From contig NC_135899.1 of NCBI RefSeq assembly GCF_964194155.1, forward strand, positions 11,098,001 to 11,162,000: DNA of 64,000 nucleotides, read 5' to 3'. The stretch is from Cetorhinus maximus. Lineage: Eukaryota. The notes under the pieces were generated by a model, which worked only from the letters and a program-made list of their open reading frames with translations, was not told the DNA's origin and ran no database searches. Within the stretch, counting starts at the first letter, position 1; every line of letters starts with the position of its first letter. The position numbers and the translations under genes are program-made. Of the stretch, positions 1-12,914 are shown piece by piece.

Positions 1-171
1 GTCATGGGGAGTGGAGCATAGGACAAATGGAGACAAACTATGAGGAGGTGGAGTCTAAAAATTAGAGCTAAACCTTTCAGGAAACATTTCCACACACAAA
101 GAGTGGTAGAAGTTTGGAACTTCCTTCCGCAAACAACAAACACATCCAGGGATACCCCAAGGAATACTTAC

Positions 172-354
172 ACCCGGAGTCGCAGGTGGTTGTTGTCCCA
201 TTCCATCGGCCATTCTTCATACAGGTCCTGCTAACCGAGCCCTGGAGCTCATATCCATCGTAGCACTCGAACGTGACAGTTTCCCCAATGCTGTAGGAAA
301 TGTTCAGCGGACTGAACATCCCATCTTCCAGTACAGGAGGTGGGCATCGAAACA
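172..354 (-). CDS. CFB: Complement factor B/C2-family gene, exon 3 (CCP/sushi module 2); gene continues off the left edge
   Basis: AG acceptor at 356-355 and GTAAGT donor from 171; phase 1-1; encodes (V)FRCPPPVLEDGMFSPLNISYSIGETVTFECYDGYELQGSVSRTCMKNGRWNGTTTTCDSG, matching factor B/C2 CCP2 (CYDGY-L-GS--RTC--NGRW-G-T--CD-G). Factor B versus C2 is not resolved. Confidence 0.88.
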
Positions 355-956
355 CTAGTGAGATAGGAACAGCTTAGAAGGGCTGAGTGGCCTGGAATTG
401 GCTTCAGGGTTTGAAGGAGATAGGGGTGCAAACTTCAGGTACAAGCTAGCGTGACCCTGAGCCAAGGAGATCATAGAATCACATATGGTTACAGCACTGG
501 GTTCAAATCCCACCACGGCAACTGGAGGGATTTAAATTCAGTTAATTAAATAAATCTGGAATCGGAAAATCTCGGTGACCGTGAATCCACAAAAACCGAT
601 CTGGTTCACCAATGTCCTTCAGGGGAGGAAATCTGCCATCCTCACCCGGTCTGGCCTACATGTGACTCCAGGCCCACAGCAATGTGGTTGACTCCTAGCT
701 GCCCTCTGAGATCATGGGATCAGGGAATGGTTAGAGAGCAGCGCACAGAGGAAGTCATTCAGCCCATCGAGCCCGTGCTAGATTGCCTAGCAGATCACTC
801 ACTTGTACCCAATAATAGGATCTGTGATGGCAGCTGTGGTTCCAGGTGGGGTGCCACCACCTCAAGGGCAATTGAGGGGTGAGAGGGGTGGGTGGAACAA
901 ATGGCAGAGGAAGGAGACAGAGAGAGTGCGAAGGAAAGGAATTAACGGTGCCTCAC

Positions 957-1169
957 CTTTGCAAATGGGAGTGACACGTCTGTATACAGACCTGAACCAA
1001 TGTCCACTTTTCCAGCACCTTCCACTGGACACTGGGAACGGGTAATATGAATCAGGACACTCAAACCTCAAAACACTGTCCACAGCGTTACCATTCGATT
1101 TCTTCAACGTGCCACCAATAATGCGGACGTTGGGGTCACAGGTTATATGGTCTCCCTGTTCGTCATTTC
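957..1169 (-). CDS. CFB: Complement factor B/C2-family gene, exon 2 (CCP module 1)
   Basis: ttgcag acceptor and GTGAGG donor; phase 1-1; in frame with exons 1 and 3; (G)NDEQGDHITCDPNVRIIGG...FECPDSYYPFPVSSGRCWKSGHW...PICK has the 4-Cys/Trp CCP pattern. Confidence 0.85.
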
Positions 1170-1339
1170 CTGCAATGAGATTTATGAATGTAACTCCACA
1201 AAGGGGTGAGGGGTTAGGAAGGTGGGAAATGGGGTGAAAGAGGTTCTATCTTACAGCCCTACAGCACCTTGACCTCAAAATCACTCCGCAGAAGTAACTT
1301 CATTGGCTGATTGGTTCATGTCACTTCATGAAATGGTTA

Positions 1340-1890
1340 CAGCAAAGAAGACCATTTTCCCCTTGTGTCCATGCTGGCTCTCTGTAAGAGCAACTCACTG
1401 AGACCCACTCCCCTGCCTTTATCTCAGAGCCCTGCAAATATTTTCCCCTCAGGTTCCTATCTAATTCCTTTGTCAAAGGCTCAATTGACCCTGCTTCTTT
1501 GTACACTCTCCGGCAGTGCACACTGGATCCGAACTACTCACTGCGTTAAAAAGGTTTACCCTCATGTCCCCTCTGGTTCTTGGTCCTTCCACCAATGGGA
1601 ATAGTTCCTCCCTGTCTATTTTGCCCAGACCCATCATAATTTTTGACCACCTCTATGTCTTCTTGAACTTCTCTTCTCCAAGGAGTACAGCCCCAGCTTC
1701 TCCAATCTATCCACATAACTGAAGTTCCTCATCCCTGGAACCATTTTTGTGAATCTTTTCTGCACCCCCCCCCCCCCGCCCGCCCCCCGCGTAAGCTTTC
1801 AGATCCTTCCTAAAGTGTAGTGCACTGGGCACAATACTCTAGTTGAGACCGAACCAGTGTTTTATACGGGGGTTATCATAACTACCTGAA
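1340..1890 (-). mobile_element. CR1-like LINE 3' fragment
   Basis: Degenerate RT C-terminal region and 3' tail similar to the other CR1 copies in the window. Confidence 0.7.
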
Positions 1891-2369
1891 TTGAATATGT
1901 AAATTCATACCATCCAATGAAAACATCACAATATATAAATAAAATTATCTGATTGGTCCTTAATGATGAGAGAAATATCCCTCCCCACCCCCTCCCTCCC
2001 TACCTCTCCATTATAGGATGATAATATAGTCGTCAAGATACAGGCCATTCAGCCCATCAAATCCACAAGCCATCTAGTCTAATGGAGCCTCCAATGAGCC
2101 CTTAAATATTTATCTTCCTTGTGCTAGCTCTCCGTTTAAATTAACGCTGCTGTGTCAACAGTTATACTGAACCACTAGCACCTTGGGTAGCTCCCAAAAC
2201 ACACTGCATACAGCATGTAACATTAAAAGTTGCATTTATTTGTGCCGTACCACTAGGGGGAAGCGCTTCCTCCACATGCGCAGATGCGGTGTCAAGTGCT
2301 TGTGGCTGTTTAAAGTGAGGGGTGCAGCTCTGCATAGCTGAACTGCGTATGCATTTTTTGTTGCAAGCT

Positions 2370-3104
2370 GGTGTCTTATAACTGTCTCCTTTACAACAAA
2401 ATCATTTAATGGGGGAAAAATTGCAACTGCTCAGAGAGCCAATCATTTTAATAGTCAAGTTCTTGTAATGGCAAAAATGACTTTTTTTTTAAATGGTTTG
2501 TTTCAACTTTGCTTCACCTTGAAATTTTAGATTTTTAGACAATGTGAGTTTTGAATAAAAATAAGTGATTTACCATCACCCAATGTGGGACTCAAGACCA
2601 TGGGCCCCATTAACAACTAACTGAGAAGACTGTGAAGGAACTCCCTCCACAAAACGTGCAACCAGCTGGTTTTCTAAAGGAAAAGAAACTGAATGTGCCC
2701 TTTTATAATTTGTGCAAATTCTGCAAACGTGCTTTTCCCAGGGAAGGCAGATCAATTTGATTCAAATTGTCGCTTACTTTTCATCTCTCTGCCTTCCTTA
2801 GGTAAAGCTGAAATTTGGCCATTCACTTTGTTATCCGATATAATTGTCCTGCGGTTTAATATTATCCAGTCTCTGCAACAAAGTTTATTTTGCAGGAGCA
2901 CTTGGCGGCAGGAGTTACAATGAACTTTAAAGTACATCACTGTACGTGACAAACAGCAAAGATCCACAAACAATATTGAGTCAAACCATTTTTAAAAAGT
3001 CATTACTTTTGCCTATACAAGAACTTGACTATTAAAACGATTGCTCTCTGAATAGTTTTTCCCCCATTTACTGATTTTGCTGTAAAAGAGAGTTATAAGA
3101 CGCC
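2370..3104. repeat. ~125-bp diverged inverted repeat pair (MITE/DNA-transposon-like relic)
   Basis: 2370-2500 is the approximate reverse complement of 2982-3104 (e.g. ttttaatagtcaagttcttgta / tacaagaacttgactattaaaa). Confidence 0.65.
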
Positions 3105-3329
3105 CACAAACAGATGTTACGATGGTGTTCGTTGAGGTTGGAATGTTAAGGAAGACAAGAGTTTTCCTTTATATAGAACGACAACCTTATGTCCCAAGGT
3201 GCTTTGTAGCCAATAAAATATTGTTAAAGTGCTGTAAAGCAGCTGATTTGTACACAGCAAGCTCCCATTGACAGCTATGTGATGATGACTAGATTATTTG
3301 TTGACCGAGGGATAAATATTGACCAAGGG

Positions 3330-3665
3330 CATCAGGGAGAGGGAGATGGAGGGAAGAGACGGAAGGAGTAGGACAGAGTAGAGGAGAGCGAGAGGATAAA
3401 GAGGGACAAGAGAGGGAGAAAAGCGGGGGAGAGAGGGAGGGAGAAGAGAGCGAGGGGTGGCAAGAGAGAGGAGAGAGGGAATGGGAGAGGTAGGGAGGAA
3501 GAAATGAGACGGAGAGAGGGTTGGGAACAGGAGGGATGGTGAGAGAGGGAGTAGTAGACAGGAAGACAGAGTGGGAGAAGGTGGAGGGGACAGGGGGAGA
3601 GAGAGCAAGGGAGTATAGAGGGAAGGCAAAAGAGGATAGAAGGGTTAGCGGGGAGGGGAAAAGAA
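3330..3665 (+). repeat. GA-rich polypurine low-complexity tract
   Basis: Almost entirely G and A; gives rise to spurious Leu/Pro/Ser-rich ORFs on the minus strand. Confidence 0.85.
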
Positions 3666-3829
3666 CACATGTTCAAATGGCATCTCTTTTTCTGAGATCA
3701 ACGTAGGTGTTAACTAGTTCTTCGAAATAGCCCAGAAACTGGGCAAAAGAATGTCTTGACAGTTTTATCAAAAGATTTTTCTCAGCTCACCTAATATAGT
3801 GTCCCCTTAGTTCAATGTGCAGCACTAAC

Positions 3830-4220
3830 ACCTCAAAATCAAAAGGTTGCGAGTTCAAATCCCCCTACCAGAGACTTGAGCCCATAATCTGGACTGACAC
3901 TCCTACTGCAGTACCGAGGGAGTGCTGCACTGTTGGGGGTGCTGTCATTCAGCAAGGGTATTAAACCGCGGCCCCATCAATCCTGTCAGGTACACATAAA
4001 ATATCCCATGGCACTATTTCAAAGAACAGCAGGGGAGTTCTCCCCCAGTCTCCTGACCAACACTTATTTGTCAACAGATGACTTGGTCATTTACTTCATT
4101 TCGGTTTATGGGCGCTTGCTGTGCACATATTGACTACCTTACAACAGTGAGAACACTTCCAAAGTGGTTGTGAAGATCCGCCTAAGGTCACAAAAGGCAC
4201 TGGGTAATTGCAAAAATCTC
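3830..4220 (+). mobile_element. Deu-domain-type SINE (SacSINE1/AmnSINE1-like); other copies at ~37480-37860, 59570-59900 and 61020-61385
   Basis: tRNA-like B-box GTTCAAATCC followed by the gagggagtgctgcactgt...cccatggcactattt...ggtcatt...gctgtgc core recalled from DeuSINE consensus sequences. Confidence 0.7.
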
Positions 4221-4372
4221 TTTATTAACGGACAGCGATAGTTTAAGATTGAATAAGGCCTCAAACAATTAATTCCAAAGGTAAATGGTCACCCTCTGCT
4301 TCATGCATTGTAGAATCAGGAAAACCTTAAGTTGCCAATTGCAACCAGACTTCGCGCTAAAGCCTCACTTAC

Positions 4373-4427
4373 CTTTAGCACCTGCCAGGAAAGCAAGGCA
4401 GAGGACGAGGAAACTGAACGGCTTCAT
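4373..4427 (-). CDS. CFB: Complement factor B/C2-family gene, exon 1 (signal peptide)
   Basis: ATG at 4427 encodes MKPFSFLVLCLAFLAGAK(G), a hydrophobic leader, followed by a G|GTAAGT phase-1 donor that joins exon 2 in frame. Confidence 0.82.
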
Positions 4428-4429
4428 TC

Positions 4430-4700
4430 CCGAATTGCAGAGAGAAGAAAAATGCCAACCAGCTTCCATCAGTGCACCTGACATTGAATCCAGACCGCGA
4501 GGGCTGGGGCTATTGAACTTTTAGGCTGTTCATTAACTGCAGGGTAAATAAGGAATCAGAAACAAACCTGGAGATGTTGTGCCCTTTGTTGAGGATGTGT
4601 TTCAGAGCTAGAGTTCATGCATTATCCTTCCACATTATACCTCCTCCTGCAGAGGGTTTCTCTGCAGATTTCCCATTATCAGAGTTTGAGAACATTCACT
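4430..4700 (-). promoter_or_regulatory. Putative proximal promoter of the factor B/C2 gene
   Basis: Non-repeat DNA directly upstream of the ATG with short liver/acute-phase-type motif matches: GTTAATGAAC HNF1-like at ~4528, GTAAATA forkhead at ~4544, CAAAGGGCA HNF4-like at ~4580, GGGAAATC NF-kB-like at ~4667. Motif matches only. Confidence 0.3.
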
Positions 4701-5479
4701 ATTCTACATCCATCAAGTCATGAGGAAAATGTCCCCCAGTGCGTGGATCATTGCTTTGCCCCGATTTACCCTATGTACACAAGGCAAAAATAACAGGAGT
4801 TACCGGAAAGTGCATCATTTCCCAACCGCTGATTGCACAAGGCAAGCGATGGATGCCAATTGTTTTTTTAAATATTTGCAGGATGTGGGCATTGCTGGCA
4901 ATCATGGACTTATTCCCGGGCACCCTGAGAGAGTAGCAACTGATTGCCTTGTTTGACCATTTCAAAGGGGCAGTTAAGAGTCAACCCACACGTTGGTCTG
5001 GAGTCACGTGTAGGCCAGACTGAGCAAGGACGGCAGATTCCCTCTCTTGAAGGACATTAGTGAACAAAAAGGACTTTTACAACAAACTGGTAGTTTCATG
5101 ATCACCATTACTGAGACCAGTTTTTCATTCCAGATTAAGTTAACTAATCTCTTCAACTGCAGTGGTGGGATTTGAACTCAAAACTCCAACTTGTTACTGC
5201 AAACCGCTTGATTGCAAAATCAGTTCCATAACCACAATCTTATATCATCAAGCTTGCAATGCTTAACCTCCCTGTTACAACCTCTTTCTGCATTACAACA
5301 TTACGACCTCTTCCTCTATTACAAACTCGCCATGACAACCTATCCCCCTATGACAACCTCTTGAACACAACCTCTCCATTACAATCTCCCCATTACCGCT
5401 CCCTCTATTAGAACCTCTCCATTTCAACCTCTTCTGCTACCACTGCCTTTCTCATTCATTATCTCTCTCTCTATAAAGT

Positions 5480-7480
5480 GAATTGAGTATTTGAACAAAT
5501 ATGAAGTGGTCAGGGAGAGCCAGTGTTGTTAAGGTTAAGTCATGTTGAATTTGAACGATTAGTGATGAGGTAGATAAGGGATGAATGCCTATGGATGTTA
5601 CTTATATGGACTTGCAGAGGGCATTCAATAACGATCCACTCAGGGATCATCTGGGAAAATGATAGGACACAGAATTGAAGGTAGAGTGAGAATAAAGGGC
5701 AGATTGCCAGGATGTGGCAAATGGTGTTCCCAGAAATCTGTTCTGGGGCCCAAACTATTTGCCACATTACATAACTTGGATGAAAGAATTGGGAGTTGCA
5801 TCACAGAATGGTTACAGCACAGGAGGCCATTCAGCCCATCGTGTCTTTGCCAGCTCTCTGCAACAGCAACTCACCTAGTGCCATTCCTCTGCCATTTCCT
5901 GCAATTTTTTTTCCTGTTTAGACAATGATCCAATTCTCTTTTCAAAGCCCTGATTGTGGTGGAGACAGATTCACTCTCTGGTAGTGCATTCTAGACCCAA
6001 ACCACTCGCTGTGTGAAAAAATCTTTCCTAATTTTCCTCAAAAATGTCACTTGTTTGGACAATCACCTTAAATTGGTGCCCTCTGGTTCTCGATCCTTCC
6101 GGCAATGGGAAGTTTCCCCCTGTCGACTCTGTCCCGAGGCCTCACGATTATGAGCACCTCCATCAAATCACCTCTCCACATTCTCTTCTCCAAGGAAAAC
6201 AGCTTCTCTAGCTATGTAGCTGAAGTTCCTCATCTGGGGAACCATTCTCATGAATCTTTTCTACACCCTCTATAATGCCTTCAAATCTTTCCAAATATGT
6301 GATGAGCTAGATTTGGACACAATACTCCTGCTGCTGTATATCCAGGTTTGCAGATGCTAACAAGTTAGCAGGGGATGGTATATTGTGCACGTGGAGGCAG
6401 GAGGCCACTGGAGACATAGGTAGATCACGTGAGTGAGAGAAACTGTGTCCAGTCGAATTCAATAGGAGGTCACCCACTTCGAACCCAAGAAAGCTAAATC
6501 TATGTAGTATCTAACTGGTGAAAATAGAGAAGAAAAGCACATAGATCCAGGAGTTCGATAGACAGATCATTTAAAGCTACCAGACAGGTACAAAAAAAAA
6601 TCCAAAAACAAAAAAAATGCTAATGGATGGCTTGCATCTCCAGAGGGCTAGAATACAAAGAGGAGGAAATGATGCTTCAGTTTGTATAGAGCCTTGGTCA
6701 GATCTCCTTCTAGCGTATCTACCTTTAGTTTCCTGTTTTATTCATTCGTGGGATGTGGGCATCACTGGCAAGGCCAACATTTATTTCCCATCTCTAAATG
6801 GAGAAAAACAGCGGAGGTCCAAAGAAACTTGGAAACCCAGGGACATTGATCATTAAAATGTCATGAACTTGCACAGAAGATAATCAAAAATGCTGGCCTT
6901 TATATACAGAGAATTAGAATACAAGAGGGTAGAAGTCATGCTTCAGCTATACAAAGTCCTGGTTAGACCACACGAGGAGTTACTGTGAGCAGTTCTGGGC
7001 ACCACGCCTTAGAAAGGATATATTAACCTCGGAGGGAGAGCAGCATAGCTTTGCCAGAATGATATCTGGATTCCAAGGGTTAAATTACAAGGAGAGATCA
7101 TACAAACTTCGAATTTAGAAGGTTAAGGGTCATTTGATCCAAGTTTTCAAGATATTAAGGGAATCGGATGGAGTGGATGGAAAGAAATTCTTTCCGCTAG
7201 CTGCGGGGGGTCTAGGACAAGGGGACATAGTCCAAAAATTGGAGCCAGACCTTTTGGGAGCAAAATTAGGAAAGAATTCTGCACGCAAAGGATTGGTAGA
7301 AATTTGGAACTCTCTTCCTTAAATGGCAATTGATGCTGGGGCAATTGTTAATTTTAAATTGGAGATTGATAGATTTTTGTTGGCCAGAGGTATGAAGGGA
7401 TATGGGGCAAAGGCAGGTGTATGGAGTTGGGTCGCAGATCAGCCGTGATTTCACTGAATGTCGGGACGGGATCAAGGGGC
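5480..7480. mobile_element. Cluster of nested CR1-like LINE fragments (both strands)
   Basis: Decayed RT C-terminal peptides such as IQVFKILRESDGVDGKKFFPL, plus CR1 3' tails. Confidence 0.75.
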
Positions 7481-8643
7481 TGAAGTGTTAGCATCTAATA
7501 GGTTGTACTTAATGAATGTTAAATACTCAGTACTTGAAGGTAATAAGGTGATGGGTGTTGATTTTTTAATTATACTCAATTGTATACAAGAAAGAGTCAG
7601 GCAGCAATGGCGGTCTTTTTGACATTCTGTTTGCAGTGTCCCTTTAAGGGGCTGCATTTTATTTTGTCCCTCCGTTTTTTTCTTAATTCAGTTCAATTAG
7701 TTTCATCAAAAGATAAGCACTGGCTATCTTAAGGGGCTGCTTCTTGAATTGTGCCTTGATTTCCTAATTTAGTTTAATTGGTTTCTCACAGCGTTGGCTG
7801 TCTGCTGTCTTAGAGGGGAGAACTCAGCTCTGTAGTGGGCAACAAACATTCTCTACCTAAGCATCCTAATCTCTTATATCCTTCACATCCAGGAGCTGGA
7901 CAACATGAACGGCCTCTTTCTGTTCCAGCAGGGGTGGGCACTTGCATCTGATGGATGTGGCTGCACCCCATCTCCCAAAACCAAAAGGGCAGACAGTGGT
8001 TCTTTAACATCGATTACAGGCTAAGACGGAGATAATCTGATCATGACAGCCGCGAGGGAGTCAACAGGAAACCACTTTGGGTTCTCATGCAGATTCAGTG
8101 ACTCAGAAATCACGTGTGTGTGTGTGTTTGAGTGAGACTTTGAAGCAATTACCTACCCTGAGAACAGAAGGGACTATTTGAAAAGTCCTCGGTGAAATAA
8201 ACACCACTCCAAGGGGCAACAATCACCCAGCACTTAACAACCGCACAATGGGAAATTTTAAAAAGAAATAATTTTCGCTGCTTCTTTTTTTAAAATCACA
8301 AATTATTATTTTTTGGAATAAAAATATAGATTACATAAAAGAGGTGCTTCCTGTCACGCAGACATACAAAAAAAACTGGGCAATGGTGAGGAAACAGGCA
8401 GTCTGTTAAAAACTGAGACAGTCGAGACGGACAGAGGAGAACGTGGAGAGAAAGTGTTCAGGAAAGAGTCCGCTGATTGAAAAGATTGACTGGGACGTAA
8501 TCTCGTGGTGTTAGTTTGGTGGTTCTACTGCAAGGTTGTCTAAAAACAGAGCTTTATTTGTGGGGAGGTGGTTTGGGGCCCTGGGCAGGGGCAGGGTGTC
8601 GGGGCGGGGGGAGGGGCGGGGGTGGAGAAAGAAAAACCGACTG

Positions 8644-9975
8644 CTAAGGCACCACCAGGCTGATTTCAGCAGGCTTGTTCTCCATGTTGCGGGTGGTGGT
8701 CTTGCCGTGTTGGTCGCGCAGGTGGACCCGCAGGGTGCTGTAATGGGTGAAGCGCATGTCGCAGTAGCTGCAGCAGTGGGGCGAGTCGCCGTTGTGCACG
8801 TTCATGTGGTCCTTGAGCGAGCGCTTCTGCGTGAAGGTGCGGCCGCAGATGGCGCAGCAGTACGGCTTGAAGCCGGTGTGCACGTTGATGTGCTGGGCCA
8901 GCCGCGCGTTCTTCTTGAAGACCTTGCCGCACAGCAGGCACATGTAGAGCTTGTGGACCACCATGTGGGCTGCCAGGTGCTCGCGGTGCTCGAAGGGGGC
9001 GCCGCACTCGGAGCAGAGGCCTGGGCTCCGGGCCGCCTCGCCCTCCTTGGCACCCTGCCCTAAGCCAGAGAGGGGCGCGGGGGGCGGCGGGGGCTCCTCC
9101 CCCGGCCGGTAGAAGGTTCCAGTGAAGCCGCTGCTGCGGCAGTCCTCGCTGGCTGAGCTCTCGTAGTCCTCCTCCTGGAACTCATCCGAGATCATCACCT
9201 CTGACATGTCGTAGGGGGCGCTGCTGTCGGAGTAGCCACCCGCGCCACCCCCCACAGTCGAGTGGATGCCGGGGTCGGGATCCAGGCCGTTGGCGGGCTC
9301 CGCCCCGCCACCCGTCGGCCGCCCCTTGCCTGCCCGGCCTGGGCACCCCTCCATACAGTCGGCCAACGACTCCACCTTGTGGATGCAGATGTCCTCGGCG
9401 CCGCCAAAGTCCGCCCGCTGCTCCGACTCCAGCTTCACCACATCGTCCGCTGGCGTCCTCCTTGGGCCCTTCTCCTCTGCCATACCCGTCTCCCAAGACG
9501 CCAGCCTGTCGGCGTCAGGCGCGCGCTCCGAGGAGGTGGCGATCTGCGGCGTGCAGGGCCGCTCCTCGGCCCCCTCAGCCGGGGGCACACGGGGCCCGAT
9601 GCGCGGCGACAGCGACTGCCGGCACTTCTCCACCACATGCTCCATCTGGAGGCAGCTGGCCGCCGTCAGGTAGTCCAGGATGTCGTTGAAGGGGAACTCC
9701 AGCGTGCCGGTGTAGCAGGAGAGCAGGAGCCGCAGGACAATCTGGGCGCCCGTCATGGGGAAGACCTGCACCTCCTGCGAGGGGTTCATGTGGAACTGGT
9801 CGCGCAGGAAGGGCGAGCAGGCGGCCAGCACCACCCGGTGTCCCGGGAACCGCAGCTGATCTGCCACGATGGTCACATCACAGAAGCGCTCCTCCATCCT
9901 CAGCTGGTTCATCTTCTTCAGAATGGTCACCTCGTGGTTAGGGAACTGAAATCTCACCACATCGTCAGATGCCAT
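8644..9975 (-). CDS. ZBTB12: ZBTB12-like BTB/POZ plus 4 C2H2 zinc-finger protein, copy 1 (443 aa, single coding exon)
   Basis: [48 protein letters not shown] domain; four C2H2 fingers ending [13 protein letters not shown] as in ZBTB12; cttctccag acceptor at 9993-9992 just upstream of gccATGg; AATAAA at 8558-8553. Confidence 0.9.
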   Translation of the reverse strand: MASDDVVRFQFPNHEVTILKKMNQLRMEERFCDVTIVADQLRFPGHRVVLAACSPFLRDQFHMNPSQEVQVFPMTGAQIVLRLLLSCYTGTLEFPFNDILDYLTAASCLQMEHVVEKCRQSLSPRIGPRVPPAEGAEERPCTPQIATSSERAPDADRLASWETGMAEEKGPRRTPADDVVKLESEQRADFGGAEDICIHKVESLADCMEGCPGRAGKGRPTGGGAEPANGLDPDPGIHSTVGGGAGGYSDSSAPYDMSEVMISDEFQEEDYESSASEDCRSSGFTGTFYRPGEEPPPPPAPLSGLGQGAKEGEAARSPGLCSECGAPFEHREHLAAHMVVHKLYMCLLCGKVFKKNARLAQHINVHTGFKPYCCAICGRTFTQKRSLKDHMNVHNGDSPHCCSYCDMRFTHYSTLRVHLRDQHGKTTTRNMENKPAEISLVVP

Positions 9976-10109
9976 GGCTGGGAAGCATGAACTGGAGAAG
10001 GAAAAAAATAACACAGAATGGTGCGTTAGTCAACATCCTGCAAACTTATCAAGTATATTTACATTGTCCCTAACACACAGAGAGACCTGTAAGAATCTTC
10101 CAGCTATGT

Positions 10110-11240
10110 TTACATAAGATATAGGAGCAGGAGCAGGCCATTAGGTCCCTTGAGCCTGCACCGCCATTCGATAAGATCATGGCTGACCTGATTTTGGCCT
10201 TAGCTCCACTTTCCTGTCTGTCCCCCAAAAATCTGTCTAACTCAGCCTTGAACGTATGCAATTGCCCAGCCTCCACTGCTCTCTGAGGATGAGAATTCCA
10301 AACCCTTTGAGTGAAGAAATTCCTCCTCATCTCAGTCTTAGATGGGAGACCCCTTATTTTGAAACTGAGCCCCGTAGTTCTAGATTCCCCCACAAGGGGA
10401 AACATCCTCTCAGCATCCACCCTGTCGAGCCCCCTCAGAATCTTATATGTTTCAATAAGATCACCTCTTATTCTTCTAAACTCCAGTGAGTATAGCACCG
10501 ACCTGTTCAACCTTTCCTCATGAGACAAACCCCTTCATCCCAGGAATCAGCCCAGTGAACCTTCTTTTAATTGCTTCCAATGCAAGTATATCCCTCCTTT
10601 AGTAAGGAGAACAAAACTGCATGCAGCACCTCACACCCTTGGGAAGACAATGGTATAATGGTAACGTTACTGGACTAATCCAGAGGCCAAGTTAATGTTC
10701 TGGGGACATGGGTTCAAATCCCCCACTGCATCTGCAAGAATTGAAAGTTAGCCTCTGTAATGGTGACAAAAACCCAGCTGGTTCACTAATGCCCTTTAGG
10801 GAAGGAAACCTGCTGTCCTTACCTGGTCTGGCCTACATGCAAGTCCAGACCCACAGCAATGTGGTTGACTCTTAAACTACCCTGTGAAATGGCCCAGCAA
10901 GCCATGCAGTTCAAAGGGCAATTAGGCATCGGCAACAAATGCTGGCCTTGCCAGCGACACCTACATCCCATCAAATATTTTTTTTAAAAATCACCTCTCA
11001 TTCTTCAAAACTCCAATGAGTATTGGCCCAACCTGCTCAGCATTTCTTTATAACACAACCTGTTCATCATCAGAATCAACCTAGTGAACCAGCTCTGAAC
11101 TGCTTCCAATGCAAATAGGTCGCTCTTTGGGAAAGGTCACCAAAACTGTACACGGTACTCTAGGTGTGGTCTCGCCAACGTCCTGCACAGTTGTGGAAAG
11201 ACTTCCCTATTTTAATACTCCATCCTCCTTGCAAGAAGAG
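10110..11240 (-). mobile_element. CR1-like LINE 3' fragment interrupted by a tRNA-derived SINE (~10645-10975, plus strand)
   Basis: ORF LYSLEFRRIRGDLIETYKILRGLDRVDAERMFPL; the SINE has a GGTTCAAATCC B-box and an agggaaggaaacctgc...ccagacccacagcaatgtggttgactc core. Confidence 0.8.
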
Positions 11241-11929
11241 CAAATCTTTTAAATCTTTATAAAATACCAGTTCTGCTCCTATTGGATTATCACATTCAAT
11301 TTTGGGTGCCAGAATTTAGGAAGAACGTCAAGGTCTTAGGCAGCATGCAAATCTACTGGAATGTTACGGGGATCAGGGACTTCCGAGGTACTGGAGAAGC
11401 TGGGATTGTTCTCCTTATGGGAAAAAAAGGTCAAGAGGAGATTTAATAGAGGCATTCAAAATTCTGAAAGATTTTGACAGGACAGATGAGGAGAAACTGC
11501 TTCCATTGGCAGGAGGGTCGGTAACCAGCAGAACAGGTTTAAGATAAATGGCAGAAGAACCAGGGGGGAGGTGAGAATTTTTACACATTGAGTGGTAGTG
11601 GTCTGGAATGCCCTGCCTGAAAGGGCGGTGGAAGCAGATTCAATAGTAACATTGAAAAGGGAATTGGATTAACGTACAAACATACGAACTAGGAGCAGGA
11701 GTAGGCCACTCAGCCTCACCAACCTACTCCACCATTCAATAAGATCATGGCTGATATGATTGTGGTGTCAACTCTACTTTCCTGTCTCCCTCCTATATTC
11801 TTTGACTCCCTTGTTAATCAAGAGTCTATCTGACCTTGAAAACATTCAATAACCCTCACTGCTCTCTGGGGAAGAGTGTTCCACAGACTCCTGAACCTCA
11901 GAGAAAACAATTCTCTTCATTTTTGTCTT

Positions 11930-12600
11930 AAATAACATTCAAGTAACATTTGCCCCACACAAGTGCCAAGTAAAGACCATCTCCAACAAGAGAGAAGCTA
12001 ACCATCGCTCTTTGGCATTCAATGGCATTACTGTCACTGAATCCCCCACTATCAGCATCCTGGGGGGGTTGCCATTGACCAGAATCTGAACTGGACTAAC
12101 CATATAAACACTGTGACTACAACAGCAGGTCAGAGGCTAGGAATCATGCAGTGAGTAACTCATCTCCTGACTCCCCACTTGACACCATCCAGGACAAAGC
12201 ACCCCATCCACAAACGTTCACTCCCTCCACCACCAGTGCACAGTAGCAGCAGTGTGTACCATCTACAAGATGCACTGCAGGAACTCACCGACGTTCCTTA
12301 GACATCACCGTCTAAACCCACAACTTCTAACATCTAGAAGGACAAGGGCAGCAGATGCATGGGAAGTTCCCCTCCAAGCCACTCACCATCCTGACTTGGA
12401 AATATATCGCTGTTCCTTCAATGTCGCTGGGTCAAAATCCTGGAGCTCTCTCCCTAACAGCACTGTAGGTGTACCTACACCACATGGACTGCAAAAGTTC
12501 AAGAAGGCAGCTCACCACCACCTTCTCAAGGGTAATTAGGGATGGGCAATAAATGCTGGCTTAGCCAGCGGCCCCCACATCCCATGAATGAGTAAAAAAA
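11930..12600 (+). mobile_element. 3' part of a second LINE family (CR1 superclade, L2/Crack-like); other copies at 34090-34690 (-), 44550-45200, 49120-49790 and an RT part at 55590-56600
   Basis: Shared ...gttcaagaaggcagctcaccaccaccttctcaagggcaattagggatgggcaataaatgctggc tail; the 55.6-56.5 kb copy has decayed RT motifs (AQFGLRQGHS, ALDIKAA). Confidence 0.7.
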
Positions 12601-12914
12601 TGGGACACCCCTTTTTTTTTTAAACTGTGTCCCTATTTCTTGTCTCTCCCACAAGGGGAAACATCCTCTCAGCATCCATCCTGTCAAGTCTCCTCAGGAT
12701 CTTATATGTTTCAATAAGATCACCTTTCAATCTTCTAAACTCCAATGGATACAGGCCCAACCTGCCAACTTTTCCCCATAAAATACCCCCCCACCCACCC
12801 CATCCCATCCCAGGAATCAGTCGCATGAACTCAAAAACTTGAATAGGATAAATGACAGATCCTTGTGGAAAGAGTAGGTAAGACTAATTGGATTGCTCCT
12901 CCACAGGGAGTTGC

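Noticed and set aside
9976-10014. N-terminal extensions in the ORF track for ZBTB copies 1 and 2 (also 26032-26136)
   Set aside because: They start at non-ATG codons and cross polypyrimidine/AG acceptors; the homologous Met lies downstream.
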